Counted from the first letter of the stretch, positions 1-10,453 are shown. The stretch: DNA of 64,000 nucleotides from Camelus ferus (GCF_009834535.1 NC_045698.1:3598001-3662000); one strand, 5' to 3'. Notes: a model not told the origin generated them from the sequence alone. Made by a program: numbers and translations.

Positions 1-59
1 AACGGTGATGTCAGGCTGAACTGGACCTCACCACCACCACCTCCATCACCTGCCCACAT

Positions 60-670
60 GCTGGTCGACAAGGAATGTGTTTATAACCAGGGGAAAGAAA
101 GGTTGCTTTAAGAGACGTTCTCAAGCATCAACAGCTGCTAACAAATTGAAGATAAGGTGACCAGACGTTATGAGCCTCCTACTGGAAGCCATCACTTTCG
201 AAGTTGTCACAAAAAACAAAAACCTGAATCTGACAAACCCTTTGGGTCCAAACACTAAGTTACAGGAAGTGCAGAGGACAAAGGAGCGTGTTAAGCGACA
301 GCACAGAGATGTAACTTGTGAAGTCCTGAAATCAGCAAAACAGGCCGTGGAGACGCAGTCAGGGGTTGGTTTTTCTGTGACAAATAAACAGCGGAAGAAT
401 AAAGACGTTGATGATGCAGTTGGGAGTGGAACATCGGATACTGAACGATAACGGATGATCGTTAAGGTGTTGACGCCATGATGGCATTGTAGTTCTGCTG
501 AAAAACCACAGAATCTTTATCTCCTAGAGGTGTGTACTGAAATATTAACATGTCTAGAATTTGCTTCAAAATACTGAAGGGATGGGAGGGTCATGAACTG
601 ATAGTTTTTGAATACAGGTGGATGGGGACTGGGAGGTCCTTTATTTTTGTCTATGTTTGAAATTTTCCCT
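60..670 (+). mobile_element. Old L1 (L1MC/L1ME-like) 3' region remnant, intronic
   Basis: The terminal part (tactgaaatattaacatg...gaatttgcttcaaaatac...ctatgtttgaaattttcc) resembles ancient L1M 3' ends. Highly diverged. Confidence 0.45.
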
Positions 671-949
671 TTAGGAAAAAGAGGGGAGACAGACACACTG
701 GGTTGAGGGGAGTTATTTCCAATGACAGATGACCCTGAAAGCCAGGGGAGGGGACACATGACAATCAGGAATGCTAATCAGAGGCTTGAGAAGCAGCAGG
801 GGCCGGGGAGGCCGCTGGGACCCTGGAAATAACTGTAGACAGTAAGTGGGGTATGATGCTGGCCAATGCCCATCGCCCCCAACAGATGTGGCCCTCCGCT
901 CCGAAGAGGTGGCATTATCCCTCACCAGAGGTCTCTCTGTTCCCCCCAG

Positions 950-1151
950 TTGGTCCGTGGGGAACTGGAGTGCCTGCAGCCGGACATGTGGTGGGGGCAC
1001 GCAGAGCCGTCCCGTCCAGTGCACGCGGCGGGCACACTACAAATCGGAGCAGGTCTCGGCCAGCCTGTGTCCTCAGCCCGTGCCCTCCAGCCGCCAGGCC
1101 TGCCACACTCAGAGCTGCCCACCCGCGTGGAGCACTGGGCCCTGGGCCGAG
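950..1151 (+). CDS. ADAMTS16: ADAMTS16 internal coding exon (TSP type-1 repeat); gene begins upstream of the window
   Basis: Acceptor ctctgttccccccAG ends at 949 and donor GAG|GTAACC starts at 1152. After 1 carry-over nt the exon reads WSVGNWSACSRTCGGGTQSRPVQCTRRAHYKSEQVSASLCPQPVPSSRQACHTQSCPPAWSTGPWAE, a TSR with WxxC and CSxTCG motifs recognisable as ADAMTS16. Confidence 0.95.
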
Positions 1152-1284
1152 GTAACCGGGGCAGGGCTGGCGTGGGGGTGGGAGCCGGGCTCCCCCTGCG
1201 GATTCGCACTGGGCCTTGTGGGGCCCGTGGCCTGGGACCCCGAGCCCGATCTGATGCACGCCTGGCTGATCTCTCCCTGCGCAG

Positions 1285-1479
1285 TGCTCACGAACCTGCG
1301 GGAAGGGGTGGAGGAAGAGGTCCGTGGCCTGTAAGAGCACCAGCGCCTCGGCCAGGGCGCAGCTGCTGCCCGACGCCGTCTGCGCCTCGGAGCCCAAGCC
1401 CAGGATGCACGAGGCCTGTCTGCTCAGGCGCTGCCACAAGCACAAGAAGCTGCAGTGGCTTGTGTCCGCCTGGTCCCAG
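1285..1479 (+). CDS. ADAMTS16: ADAMTS16 coding exon (TSP type-1 repeat)
   Basis: Acceptor ctctccctgcgcAG ends at 1284 and donor CAG|GTGAGT starts at 1480. 195 nt, phase 0/0: CSRTCGKGWRKRSVACKSTSASARAQLLPDAVCASEPKPRMHEACLLRRCHKHKKLQWLVSAWSQ. Confidence 0.95.
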
Positions 1480-1601
1480 GTGAGTGCACTGGCCCCTGGT
1501 AGGGTGACTGGTCCCAGGTTGGTGCACTGGCCCCAGGTAGGGTGACTGGTCCCAGGTGGGTGCACTGGTCCCAGGTGGGTGCACTGGTCCCAGGTAGGTG
1601 C
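1470..1601 (+). repeat. 19-bp minisatellite, 7 units, overlapping the exon donor site
   Basis: Units start at 1470, 1489, 1508, 1527, 1546, 1565 and 1584. Consensus is CTGGTCCCAGGTRGGTGCA; units 2 and 4 end in ...GGTAGGGTGA. Confidence 0.95.
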
Positions 1602-1948
1602 TCTGATTGGGACTGTCATTAAAAGCCGTCTTTCTATGTGTATCCCCGGAGCTGAATCCTTAGGAAGGAAGCAACCTGGGCTGCGTAGCATCTGGGAGGT
1701 GCCCAGATAGAAAGTCCTTGCCCTGAGTATTTAACACATTCGGACACACACACGCACACATGCGCACACGCACACACCTCAGTGCTTCTCTCTATCAGTG
1801 CTTCTCTCTAGCTGCAGCCCCAGCCCGAGAGCCGTCCACAGGGCACACCCGAAGCCAAATCTGAGCATGCGTGTGAGGCCAGTCCTGGGCAGGTGTTGCC
1901 CCCAGCAACCTGAAGACATCTCAGCCCAAGGCAGCCAGGCCGGGCCCC

Positions 1949-1991
1949 GGGACCTTCCTGGGACCTTCCTGGGACCTTCCCCAGGACCTCC
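1949..1991. repeat. 11-bp tandem repeat (GGGACCTTCCT) x ~3.5
   Basis: gggaccttcct gggaccttcct gggaccttccc caggacctcc. Confidence 0.8.
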
Positions 1992-2342
1992 GAGCCCGCC
2001 TGGTGGCCCAACAGTGTCCTTGGGTGTTAGATTTCATGGCATTCTAATATCAGGTACAGCCCAACATTTTAACTTCCAGCGGAGTGGCAGCTCCGGAATG
2101 ACCCCTTCACAGTTTCTGATCACCCTGCCTCAGCTCACGCCCCAGCACGAGGCCGCTGTGACCTTGAGGTCTGCCTTTTTTAGGGCAGAGACTGTAACGC
2201 CTTTTTAAAATGCCCAGGTGCCACTTAGCAGAATTTGGAATGCCACTGAATGTTCATATAAATGTTCCAGCAGATAGAATCGGGCAGCATTTTGACTCAA
2301 CCATTTTGTAGAAATCACTCACATCTTTGCTTGTCTTTTTAG

Positions 2343-2567
2343 TGCTCTGTTACGTGTGAAAGAGGAACACAGACAAGATTCTTAAAGTGTGTTGAGAAGT
2401 ACGTTTCTGGGAAGTACCGAGAGCTGGCCTCAAAGAAGTGCTTGCACCTGCCGCAGCCCGACCTGCAGCTGGAACGCGTCTGCGCCCCGTTTCCCTGCCC
2501 CAAGCACCCCCTGTTGGCTGCCGCAGGCCCCCCGCGGGCCAGCTGGTTTGCCTCGCCCTGGTCTCAG
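2343..2567 (+). CDS. ADAMTS16: ADAMTS16 coding exon (TSP type-1 repeat)
   Basis: Acceptor cttgtctttttAG ends at 2342 and donor CAG|GTAGGG starts at 2568. 225 nt, phase 0/0: CSVTCERGTQTRFLKCVEKYVSGKYRELASKKCLHLPQPDLQLERVCAPFPCPKHPLLAAAGPPRASWFASPWSQ. Confidence 0.95.
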
Positions 2568-4211
2568 GTAGGGGGGCTGCAAGGCCTGGCAGGGTGGGAG
2601 GACGGAGCCGCTGCTCAGCGCTTCAGGTTCCAATGGGAGTGGGGTCCACGTGCTGGGGGGCAGCAGGTGGTTAACTTCCCCCCACACTGCCCTCTGGGCT
2701 GCTCCTGCTCCTCTTGTCTTCAAACTGGACACAGCTTTTTAGTTTAGAAATATACGACTCCTTCCCCAGGTGGCATTTAAATTAGAAATTGTTATTTAAG
2801 GTATTGGAGCAGGGGACATTGACATTGCAATTACATCCTTTTCAAGCGTTTGCTACTTTAAGTAGATCAAAAAGTATCACTGGCGACACCCTTTGCCCTT
2901 CGGTTTCCTTCCGGGTGCAGAGAGCAGGCTTTCCAGCAAGAGGAGGGGGCAGACGACCCAGAAGCTGGGCTGAGTTGTTTCCAGGGCAGAAGCTTCCCTT
3001 TCTCCGTCTCCTGAGAAGTGTGGACCAGAGACAGATAGAGGTGGTCCCGGAGACCACTGTCCCCCTGCCAACGGGGAGACTGAGGCTTCTGGAACTGAAT
3101 CAGGCCAGGGTTCATCCCCCTCTACTCAATTCAGAGACTTAAGGCAAGTCTAGAAAAGAAAAACCAGGTTTACCATTACTTCATTTAAACCAAAACCTAA
3201 AGCTCCTAAAAATACATCTCACATAGCTTTCATCAGCCTGAAATAGTCCAGCTGTCTGTCTGGCAAGTCATTTTTATCCTAAGCTGCTTGAAGATCTTAT
3301 CCAACGGGACTCATCCATTATGTTCCGAGTCCGTAACTTTGGGGAGTAATAACTCAAAGGCGATGTTTGTCAGGAACTCTTGTACCCACGGCTCTGTGCC
3401 CTCCAGCTGTGGGAAATTGTGGGGCAGACACGCACGGCCAGTGCCTGACTCAGCTTTGCCCCAGACGGGTTATTCCGGTAATAACGGGAAGACGGCAGGC
3501 TCTGTTATTGGACCCGCAGCCTTCCTGGGGTCTCAGTGGCCCTGCTCGTCCCCACGGTGGTGCACAGTTCATGGTGCGTCGCCCGGCAGGACCCATTTCA
3601 CTCACCTGGGTCGTTCAGGCTTAGCGTCACGGGCTCACGTTCTAACTTGGTCTTGGAAAGTCCTAAGTTTGAACGCCTGCTGGACTATCTGACTCTACGT
3701 GACAGAGACCCAGTGTTCCTCAGGGCTGGTGGGAGGGGTTCCTGCCTTGCTCCGGGGTCCTCACCAGGCCCGAGCACACGTTGACCTGGGGACCCTTGGG
3801 CTCTGAGAGTCAAGGAGCCATGTCATAGCCGATCAGCAGGGTTTTCTTCCTCAGCAACTACGGCTGCGATGCTGTATCGAACACACGTGTGCACACGCAC
3901 AGACCCACACATACAGGCGTGCACGTGGACACACGCACGGACACACACAGACGGACACACAGATTCGTGCAGAACACATGGAGACTAGAGCAGGCTTGGT
4001 CTGGGTGATTGCGGTCAGTCCATCACAGACCTGCACCCTTGATCCAGCCTCTAATAATGTGCCCTCATCCTCTTCTAATTATGAGGGTGCCCGGAAATAA
4101 AAAGCCGTCTGGTTGACGTCGATGGATTAAGGTCGCCGTACGTGCTGCCTGCGTTGGAGGGAGTCTGAATCTGGGACCAATTGAATTTGTACAAAAATTC
4201 ATTGCATAATT

Positions 4212-4725
4212 TATTTTTTTAAACAGCTTTATTTTGGTGTAACTACTGTTCAGTAAACTACACATATTTCAGAGGTTCAATTGGATGAATTCTGATAAAT
4301 GTCTACACCAATGGAAACACCACAGTCAAGATACCTAACATTTCAATCCCTCCCCAGGAGGTGCCAATTTCGATTTCCCAATTTGTCCCTCCCTGCCCTT
4401 TTGTCCTTGCTAACCATAAGTTTGTTCTCTGTGTCTGTGACTCTGTTTCTGTTTTACAAAAAAGTGCATTGTGTCTTTTTCTTAGATTCCACATGTAAGT
4501 GATATCATATGGATTTGTCTTTCTCTTTCTGGCTTACTTCATTTGGAACAATGGTCTCCAAGTCCATCCATGTTGCTGCATATGGCATTATATAATTTTT
4601 TTATGGCTGAGTAGTATTCCATTGTGTAGATACATATATATCCAGTCATCCTTATCCAGTCATCTGTCAATGGACTTGTGGGTTGTCTCCATGTCTTGGC
4701 CATTGTACACAGTGCACAGTGCCAT
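4212..4725 (-). mobile_element. L1 3'-end fragments (older L1M end ~4212-4370; younger artiodactyl L1 3' UTR/ORF2 end ~4380-4725)
   Basis: Antisense L1 motifs: ttagattccacatgtaagtgatatcatatg, tccatccatgttgctgca, tttatggctgagtagtattccattgtg. Confidence 0.8.
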
Positions 4726-5628
4726 TTATGTTTAGAGCAGAAGTCGTAAGGGATACAGCCATTGAGGTCTGTGTTATCCCATCCTAAGCTGAGTAGACGT
4801 TTCGTCTCTGGGACAAGTTACAGTGGCTGAAATTCCAGACTTAAAGACGCACCACCGAGGTCCACAGAAGGTGATAAATAAAGGGAGAGACTCGTGGAGC
4901 TCTTATCTTTAAGCAAGCCTTTAGCTGACCCCCTCCCCCGTGCACCAGGGTATCCACAGTGCCATCGGGTGCTTGTGTACATTCTTAACATTCTTGAGCC
5001 AGCAGCCTTGTTGGGGCGCAATTGCCCTGATTCAGCCTAGACCCTGAGTAGCTTTCTTTGGGGGCAGATGAATTGCTGTGGGTTTGGGTCCCTCCAGGTT
5101 TCTTGCCCTCAGGGGACCTCACAGGGGCCCTCTGCTGTGGTCTGTGAGGTGCGCACCTGGCCAGTTGGTGAGAGGGGGTCTGACTGGGCTCCGTGCCTCA
5201 GTGTGTGGGGGCCTCAGCCTCAGGAAACAGCGCTCCCTAGAGGGTGTGAATGAGCCGGGCAAGTGGCCACCTCCAGGCACCCGGGGTCCCTGCACGTGGG
5301 GTCAGAAAGGGCTTAGTGTCAACATGTCTCTGCGGGACTCGGCCTGTCCAGCTTTCCCAGTCTGGGCGCCGGAAAGCCTGGCTTGGTGATGGCATTCCAC
5401 GATTCCAGACCCACAGCCTGTATCCCCAGATATGTGTCACTTTTGGGGTCCATCCGACCCTTGATGACTCAAAAACACTCAGTGTCCATACCTGGGATTA
5501 ATCCAGAATCTGGTCAGCACCCCACAATCGCAGGGAGAGGCCCCCTTGAGTGGTGGAGAGGGCAGCTTGGAGGCGAGGGGTGGCCAGAGGCCGAGGGGGC
5601 CCGGGGTGACTGTCGCTTGTTTCCGCAG

Positions 5629-5776
5629 TGCACGGCCAGCTGTGGGGGCGGCGCGCAGACGCGGTCCGTGCGGTGCCTGGCGGGCGGCCGGCCGGCCTCG
5701 GGCTGCCCCGTGCACCAGAAGCCCGCAGCCTCCCAGGCCTGCAGCACTCACTTCTGCCCCATCGCAGAGAAGAGAG
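5629..5776 (+). CDS. ADAMTS16: ADAMTS16 penultimate coding exon (last TSP type-1 repeat)
   Basis: Acceptor cttgtttccgcAG ends at 5628 and donor GAG|GTGAGT starts at 5777. 148 nt (49 codons + 1 nt): CTASCGGGAQTRSVRCLAGGRPASGCPVHQKPAASQACSTHFCPIAEKR. Confidence 0.95.
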
Positions 5777-6500
5777 GTGAGTGTCAGCTTGCCCTTGGCG
5801 TTTTGGGTGGGGCTGTCACGTTTCTGAGGCGGTTCTTAAGGGGGCTGTGCAGAGAGGTGCCCACTGGCCAGAGGGTCTCGTGTCCGCTACCCTGGACCCC
5901 TCTTCATCTCCTCCAGTTTTCCCCCAAAGTGGCCCACAGAGCAGACCCCTCGCGTCTCACGCCTCCCCACACACGGCACGGGAGGCTGTGAGGTCGGTCT
6001 GGCTTTAGGAAGGCATGGCTGCCGTTGCAGGGCAGTGCTGCCCACGCCCACTCCACTCAGAGAGGGCAGTCTGAAGCAGAGCAGCCTTTGCCCAAGTTCG
6101 TTCTTGGGGTGCTCTCTAAGCGCCGTCCCTGTGCACATGCCCTCAGTGCCTGGGCTGTTTGCAGGGACCAGGCCTATCTGCCTGTCAAGGTTTCTGGAAG
6201 AGAAAATGGAGCTGGAGGAGCGTGAGTGGTCGGGCTCCATCAGGGACGCGACAGTTGGAGTCCAGGCCACAGAGGGCCGTTGTCTCGGGCGGAGGGTGGT
6301 TACGTGGGTGGGTTTAGCGCAAGAAGGAGACAGTGTCAGCTTTGCAGGGGCCTTCCAAGAAGGGTCCTGTGAAGTCAGCACGACGCCCCAGCCCCCCGTC
6401 GGCAGCTTCAGGGAGATGACGGGTATACCTCGCTCTGCCCGAGTCACTAGCCGGGGCATCAGACACGGGAAGGGGACTGACGGGGGCTGCTGGCTTTCAG

Positions 6501-6616
6501 GTGCCTTCTGCGAGGACCGCTTCCCCTGGTGCTCCCTGGTGCCCCAGCACGGGGTGTGCAGCCACCACTTCTACAGCCAGCAATGCTGCAGGACCTGCTC
6601 CCGATCCAACCTGTGA
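6501..6616 (+). CDS. ADAMTS16: ADAMTS16 terminal coding exon (PLAC domain) with TGA stop
   Basis: Acceptor ctttcAG ends at 6500 and the phase joins the previous exon (G|GT = Gly). Reads GAFCEDRFPWCSLVPQHGVCSHHFYSQQCCRTCSRSNL*, a six-cysteine PLAC pattern ending in SNL as in ADAMTS16. Confidence 0.95.
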
Positions 6617-7665
6617 GCCGCGTCAGCTGCTTCCCGGGAACAGGAGCTACCGTCTCCAGCACCAGTGAGGCAGATGGAAGCCGGAGGGAGGAAAACCATG
6701 TTGCGGGCTCTTCGACATGACCGCGTGTGCATGTGTGTGTGACTGGTGTGTGCGAGCGCATCCCTAGGTGCACACAGATATGCTCTCGGGGAGGGGGAGC
6801 TGTGAAGCCGGGCCTCGGGTGCCCTGCCCAGCAGGCCGCTGCACACCCAACGTGCTGCCCCTGGCCGGGCGGAGCCTCGTCTAAGAAGGCAGGCCCAGAA
6901 GGGAGGAAGAAGAACTGAACATCTGACCCCACACTGCGGATGCCCACCCCACACTGCGGATGCCCGCTGCCCGCCTCCCCCTACCTGGAGGCCCCTTCCC
7001 ACCTGGAGGCGGGATGAGCTCCAGGCTCCAACCCAGACCCTTTCTCTGCATGGGACCTGGGGCCCCGACCAGACTGGGTGTCGCTCTGGGGGGCACCAGC
7101 CCAGCCGGGGGAGCTGGGCTCCGTCCCGAGTGGGGAGCTCGCCTCTGGACTCCCTGCTGCGGTGCTCTGTCCCTTTCAGCCTCATGTGCTGGAGGAGAGA
7201 ATTTTCATATTTTATGTTTTATCTTTCTCAGTTATTTACAAGTGAGTGTTCCAATTTAAACCCATTTCTTAATGCTTCTCTGTTTCAAATGTCAGAATTA
7301 CAGGTGGTGCCAGAATCAGAGACTTACCGGTTACAGCAAAGCCCTGCGGACCGACTGAGGGCTCGTGGACGGTCCCAGTCGGACAGGCGTCAAGTGATGA
7401 CCTGGGAGCCCGGGTTTTGTGTTTGTATGTCGCGGGGTTTTTAAAAAATTTTCTTCTGTAAATTTAGGTTGTTTCTGTAACACCCATTCAGAAGGAAGGC
7501 TGGCGATTTCCCAAGGGCAGGCTGCAAGCGGGCCTCCGACATTCTCCCGCCAGCGTGCACGTGGCTGTGGTCTTTCCTGTGCTGTGATCTCCACGCCAAA
7601 CGGCGCCTGGATATTTATATTTGCTGAAGTTTTATAATAAATTTTATACTGGGCAGCGTGCTTCT
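6617..7665 (+). other. ADAMTS16: ADAMTS16 3' UTR (end approximate)
   Basis: Runs from the stop codon to just past the first canonical AATAAA (7636). Contains U-rich blocks at ~7200-7300 and ~7610-7650. Confidence 0.7.
7636..7641 (+). terminator. Polyadenylation signal AATAAA of ADAMTS16
   Basis: AATAAA in an AT-rich context (tttatAATAAAttttatact), about 1.0 kb after the stop codon. Confidence 0.7.
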
Positions 7666-7961
7666 GAATGGCTCATGATTCTTCACTAGGTTGGCTCTGA
7701 GATCCGAGGGCTGGCATGGACAGTGGGGAACCGGCCTCACAGAGGGAGAGATCCGGGTAGAAAGAGCTGGAACAGGAGTGAGGAGGAGTGGCTCTGAGGG
7801 CAGAGGCTTCCGGGAAGTTGGCTGGCGAGCGGGGCGGTGGCGGCCAGTGAAGGGTGGGCGGGGCCACCGGGCCAAGGAGTTTTCTGCAGTTTCCCCTGCA
7901 GTCCGGGGGGGAGCAGGTGCAGCCCTGATGAATTAAAAGGCGGCCTTGAGCCTGCGATCCC

Positions 7962-8426
7962 TGCTTCATCAGTCAGTGTTCTCTAGAGATACACACAATA
8001 GGCTACGTACAGAGAGAAGGGGGTTTCGTTTTAAGGACTCGGCTCACGTGATCGCAGGGCTGGTAAGTTCGGAATCTGGAGGGCAGGCACGGGCCGGAAG
8101 TCCAGGCAGGAGTCGATCCACCATCTTTAGCCTGAGTTCTGCAGAGCAGCAGGCTGGCCACTCAGGCAGGGTTTCTGTGTGACAGCCTTGAGGCCAAATT
8201 CCTTCTTCTCAGGGAAACTGCTGTGTTTGTTCTTGGGACCTTCAGCTGATAGGGTGAGGTCAACCCTGTTCTGGAGGGCAATTAGCTTTAGTCAAAGTCC
8301 ACTGATTTAAATGTTGAATGTTCAGCACATCGAAAACACACCTTCACAGCAACATCCAGTCTGGTGTTTGACCAACGCGTAAGCATCAGAGCCCAGCTAA
8401 GTTGATGTGTAAAATTAACCATCACA
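7962..8426 (-). mobile_element. MLT2-family (ERVL) LTR
   Basis: Ends in ...gttgatgtgtaaaattaaccatcaca, the reverse complement of the MLT2 start TGTGATGGTTAATTTTA. Internal ccttcacagcaacatccag...tgtttgacca is also typical. Confidence 0.8.
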
Positions 8427-9201
8427 CCTCTTCCCTGTGGATCGGATTAAGCCAGCCCTCACTGGGGACTCAGAAAAACTGCAGCTGCCCGGGGATTACA
8501 GTGGACGCTGCCCCAACAGAGCCCCAGGGGCCACAGTGCAGGTTCTGGCGTGGTCAGCCTCACTCACCCTCCAGCTCCCTGGCTTGCAGGTAACACGAGG
8601 TGCTGGTGTAGCACAGCCAGCCCTGCACCACCCCCACCAGCCCTTGGGTCCACCCCGAGGGAGACAGTCCCAGCCCCTTGTCGCTGGCCTGGCTCTGTGA
8701 AGGACGCAAAGTGGCCAGGCGTGGTCCTGTCTTCAAGGACTTGTTTCACCAGGAAAATAACATCGGGCCCCAAAGTGCTGCATTACAGACAGGGACAGGC
8801 AGAGGAGAGGGAGATGTGCCCCTGTGGGGAGGGGAGCGATAGACCACAGAGGGCAGCCTTCAGTCTGGACCCTTAACGTTGGGAAAAGCTGGACCAGAGG
8901 AAGGATGCAGAACAAAACTCAAATCTGCAAGCAGCTCTGCCCTGGAGGAAGGCGGAAGGACCACCTCCCCCACCGGCCTATGTTTTGCAAAATGCTCTGC
9001 AAGAAAGTTTTGTAGCAACCGACTGAGGTTGAAGGCCAAATGTAAAGGAGGCTGCATTTTGATGTGTGATTCAGGTGCCCTTCTGCGGTTGCTGCAAGGG
9101 GAGGGGTGATGTGAATGGGATGATTGCTATCGCCCTGGAGGGGACACAGTTCCAGCCCGAGGCTGCCCCGCCCATCTCAGCACATTTTTTTCTACTGAGA
9201 G

Positions 9202-9654
9202 TGTGAAGGAAAAACCGGGCAGGTCTGACAAGATAACTCACAGGTCTAGGAATGTGAAGGAGAGGCTGGGCTGGGCTAACAAGTCTAAGTATTGGAATAC
9301 TGATCTGAGTTCTGCTGGACTAACTTGTAAATCTAGGTTAATTAGTGTTGGTTTGCTGTTTATGTGTTTTTGCTAGCCAGCTGGATTTTCAAAGATACAT
9401 ATCTGGCTTTGGAATGTTGGTTTGCTGCCTCCCCGCCTCCACTTTTGTGATGATAATGCTGCTAAAGCTGTTCCATGCCTATTGGCCGAATACCCCAAGC
9501 TTGTACTTTACCCTATAAAACCTCACGTGCACATCTTGAAGGTGCTCAGAGCTTCGGAGCAGAAGCCCCTCTGAGCCCGCCGGCGTAATACATCTGAGTA
9601 CTCCAACCCTCCGAGTGGTGCTTGTTTCTTGACTGTCCTGTCGTTTCCGTAACA
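9202..9654 (+). mobile_element. ERV1-class solo LTR (453 bp) with 4-bp target-site duplication
   Basis: TG...CA termini with an imperfect inverted repeat (TGTGAAGGAAA / TTTCCGTAACA). AGAG is duplicated at 9198-9201 and 9655-9658. ATTGG at 9481, TATAAAA at 9514, AATACA at 9587. Confidence 0.85.
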
Positions 9655-9974
9655 AGAGTATCACTGATTTGAGCATCAAAATTACGGTTGAAAACATGAA
9701 ATTATCATTCTGTGCTTCCCACACGTCTTTTTTATTCATAGAACTTACACAGCATTCTATAATAAACTCTGATTTCCTCTGCTGAACCCTAAAACTGGTG
9801 GTCAAATCACAAGCTTGGGGCCACAAACGCGCCCCCTCCCTCCCCGGCAGGAGGTTCTTGTTCTTTGAAAGGGCCTGTTTGTGAAGACATGAGGAAGTTG
9901 GCGATAGCGAAACTCAGCTTGTACACGGCAACCCTTCAACAGGGTCATAAATTCAGATACTTTAAAATAAGTCC

Positions 9975-10453
9975 TGTGAATGAAAAACACTGCAAACCAT
10001 ATCAGTAAACAAGGAATGCTGAAGCCATCAAGTCATCAGCGGCTGCCGCCACCCCCCAGTGCAGACAAGCCTGCAGCCCAGCCTCTGCAGCCACTCACAG
10101 TGGTGCCCTCTGAGGGGACCCAGAATAAGAAAGGACAGGATACTGGCCCTAAATAGCTAGGTGCTTGTCAAAGGAGTGAATTCAATGAGCCCAAATGTTT
10201 GCTTCCTCCCATAAAAAGAAAAGCCCTAAATTCTTTAACTTGAGATGCCTGATTCTCTTCAGATAACAAGTAAGCTTTTATTGTTCCAACTACCTGGTCT
10301 TTGTTGTAAAGCTCCGGTATAGCCCAGCTCCTCCCCTACCTCTTCGGAGCAGTCCGTCAGAGCCACCTGAGAGGCTGTCATCCCGGCTCGAGTCCTCCTG
10401 CCAAATAAAACATAACTGTCAACTTTTAGGCTGCGCATTTATTTTCGTCAACA
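9975..10453 (+). mobile_element. ERV1-class solo LTR (479 bp), artiodactyl type, with 4-bp target-site duplication
   Basis: Termini TGTGAATGAAAA...TTTTCGTCAACA. GTCC is duplicated at 9971-9974 and 10454-10457. AATAAA at 10404. The 3' half resembles the element at 33782-34243. Confidence 0.85.

Noticed and set aside
1470..1601. Regularly spaced short repeats as a CRISPR-like array
   Set aside because: Units are head-to-tail with no unique spacers, the DNA is mammalian and there are no cas genes. It is a minisatellite.
915..1691. 258-aa antisense ORF over ADAMTS16 exons, and other overlapping frames
   Set aside because: A shadow of high-GC3 coding sequence plus the minisatellite. No independent coding evidence.
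9202..10453. The two adjacent LTRs as the ends of one deleted provirus
   Set aside because: They differ in sequence, each has its own 4-bp TSD, and no primer-binding site or gag/pol remnant is evident between them.
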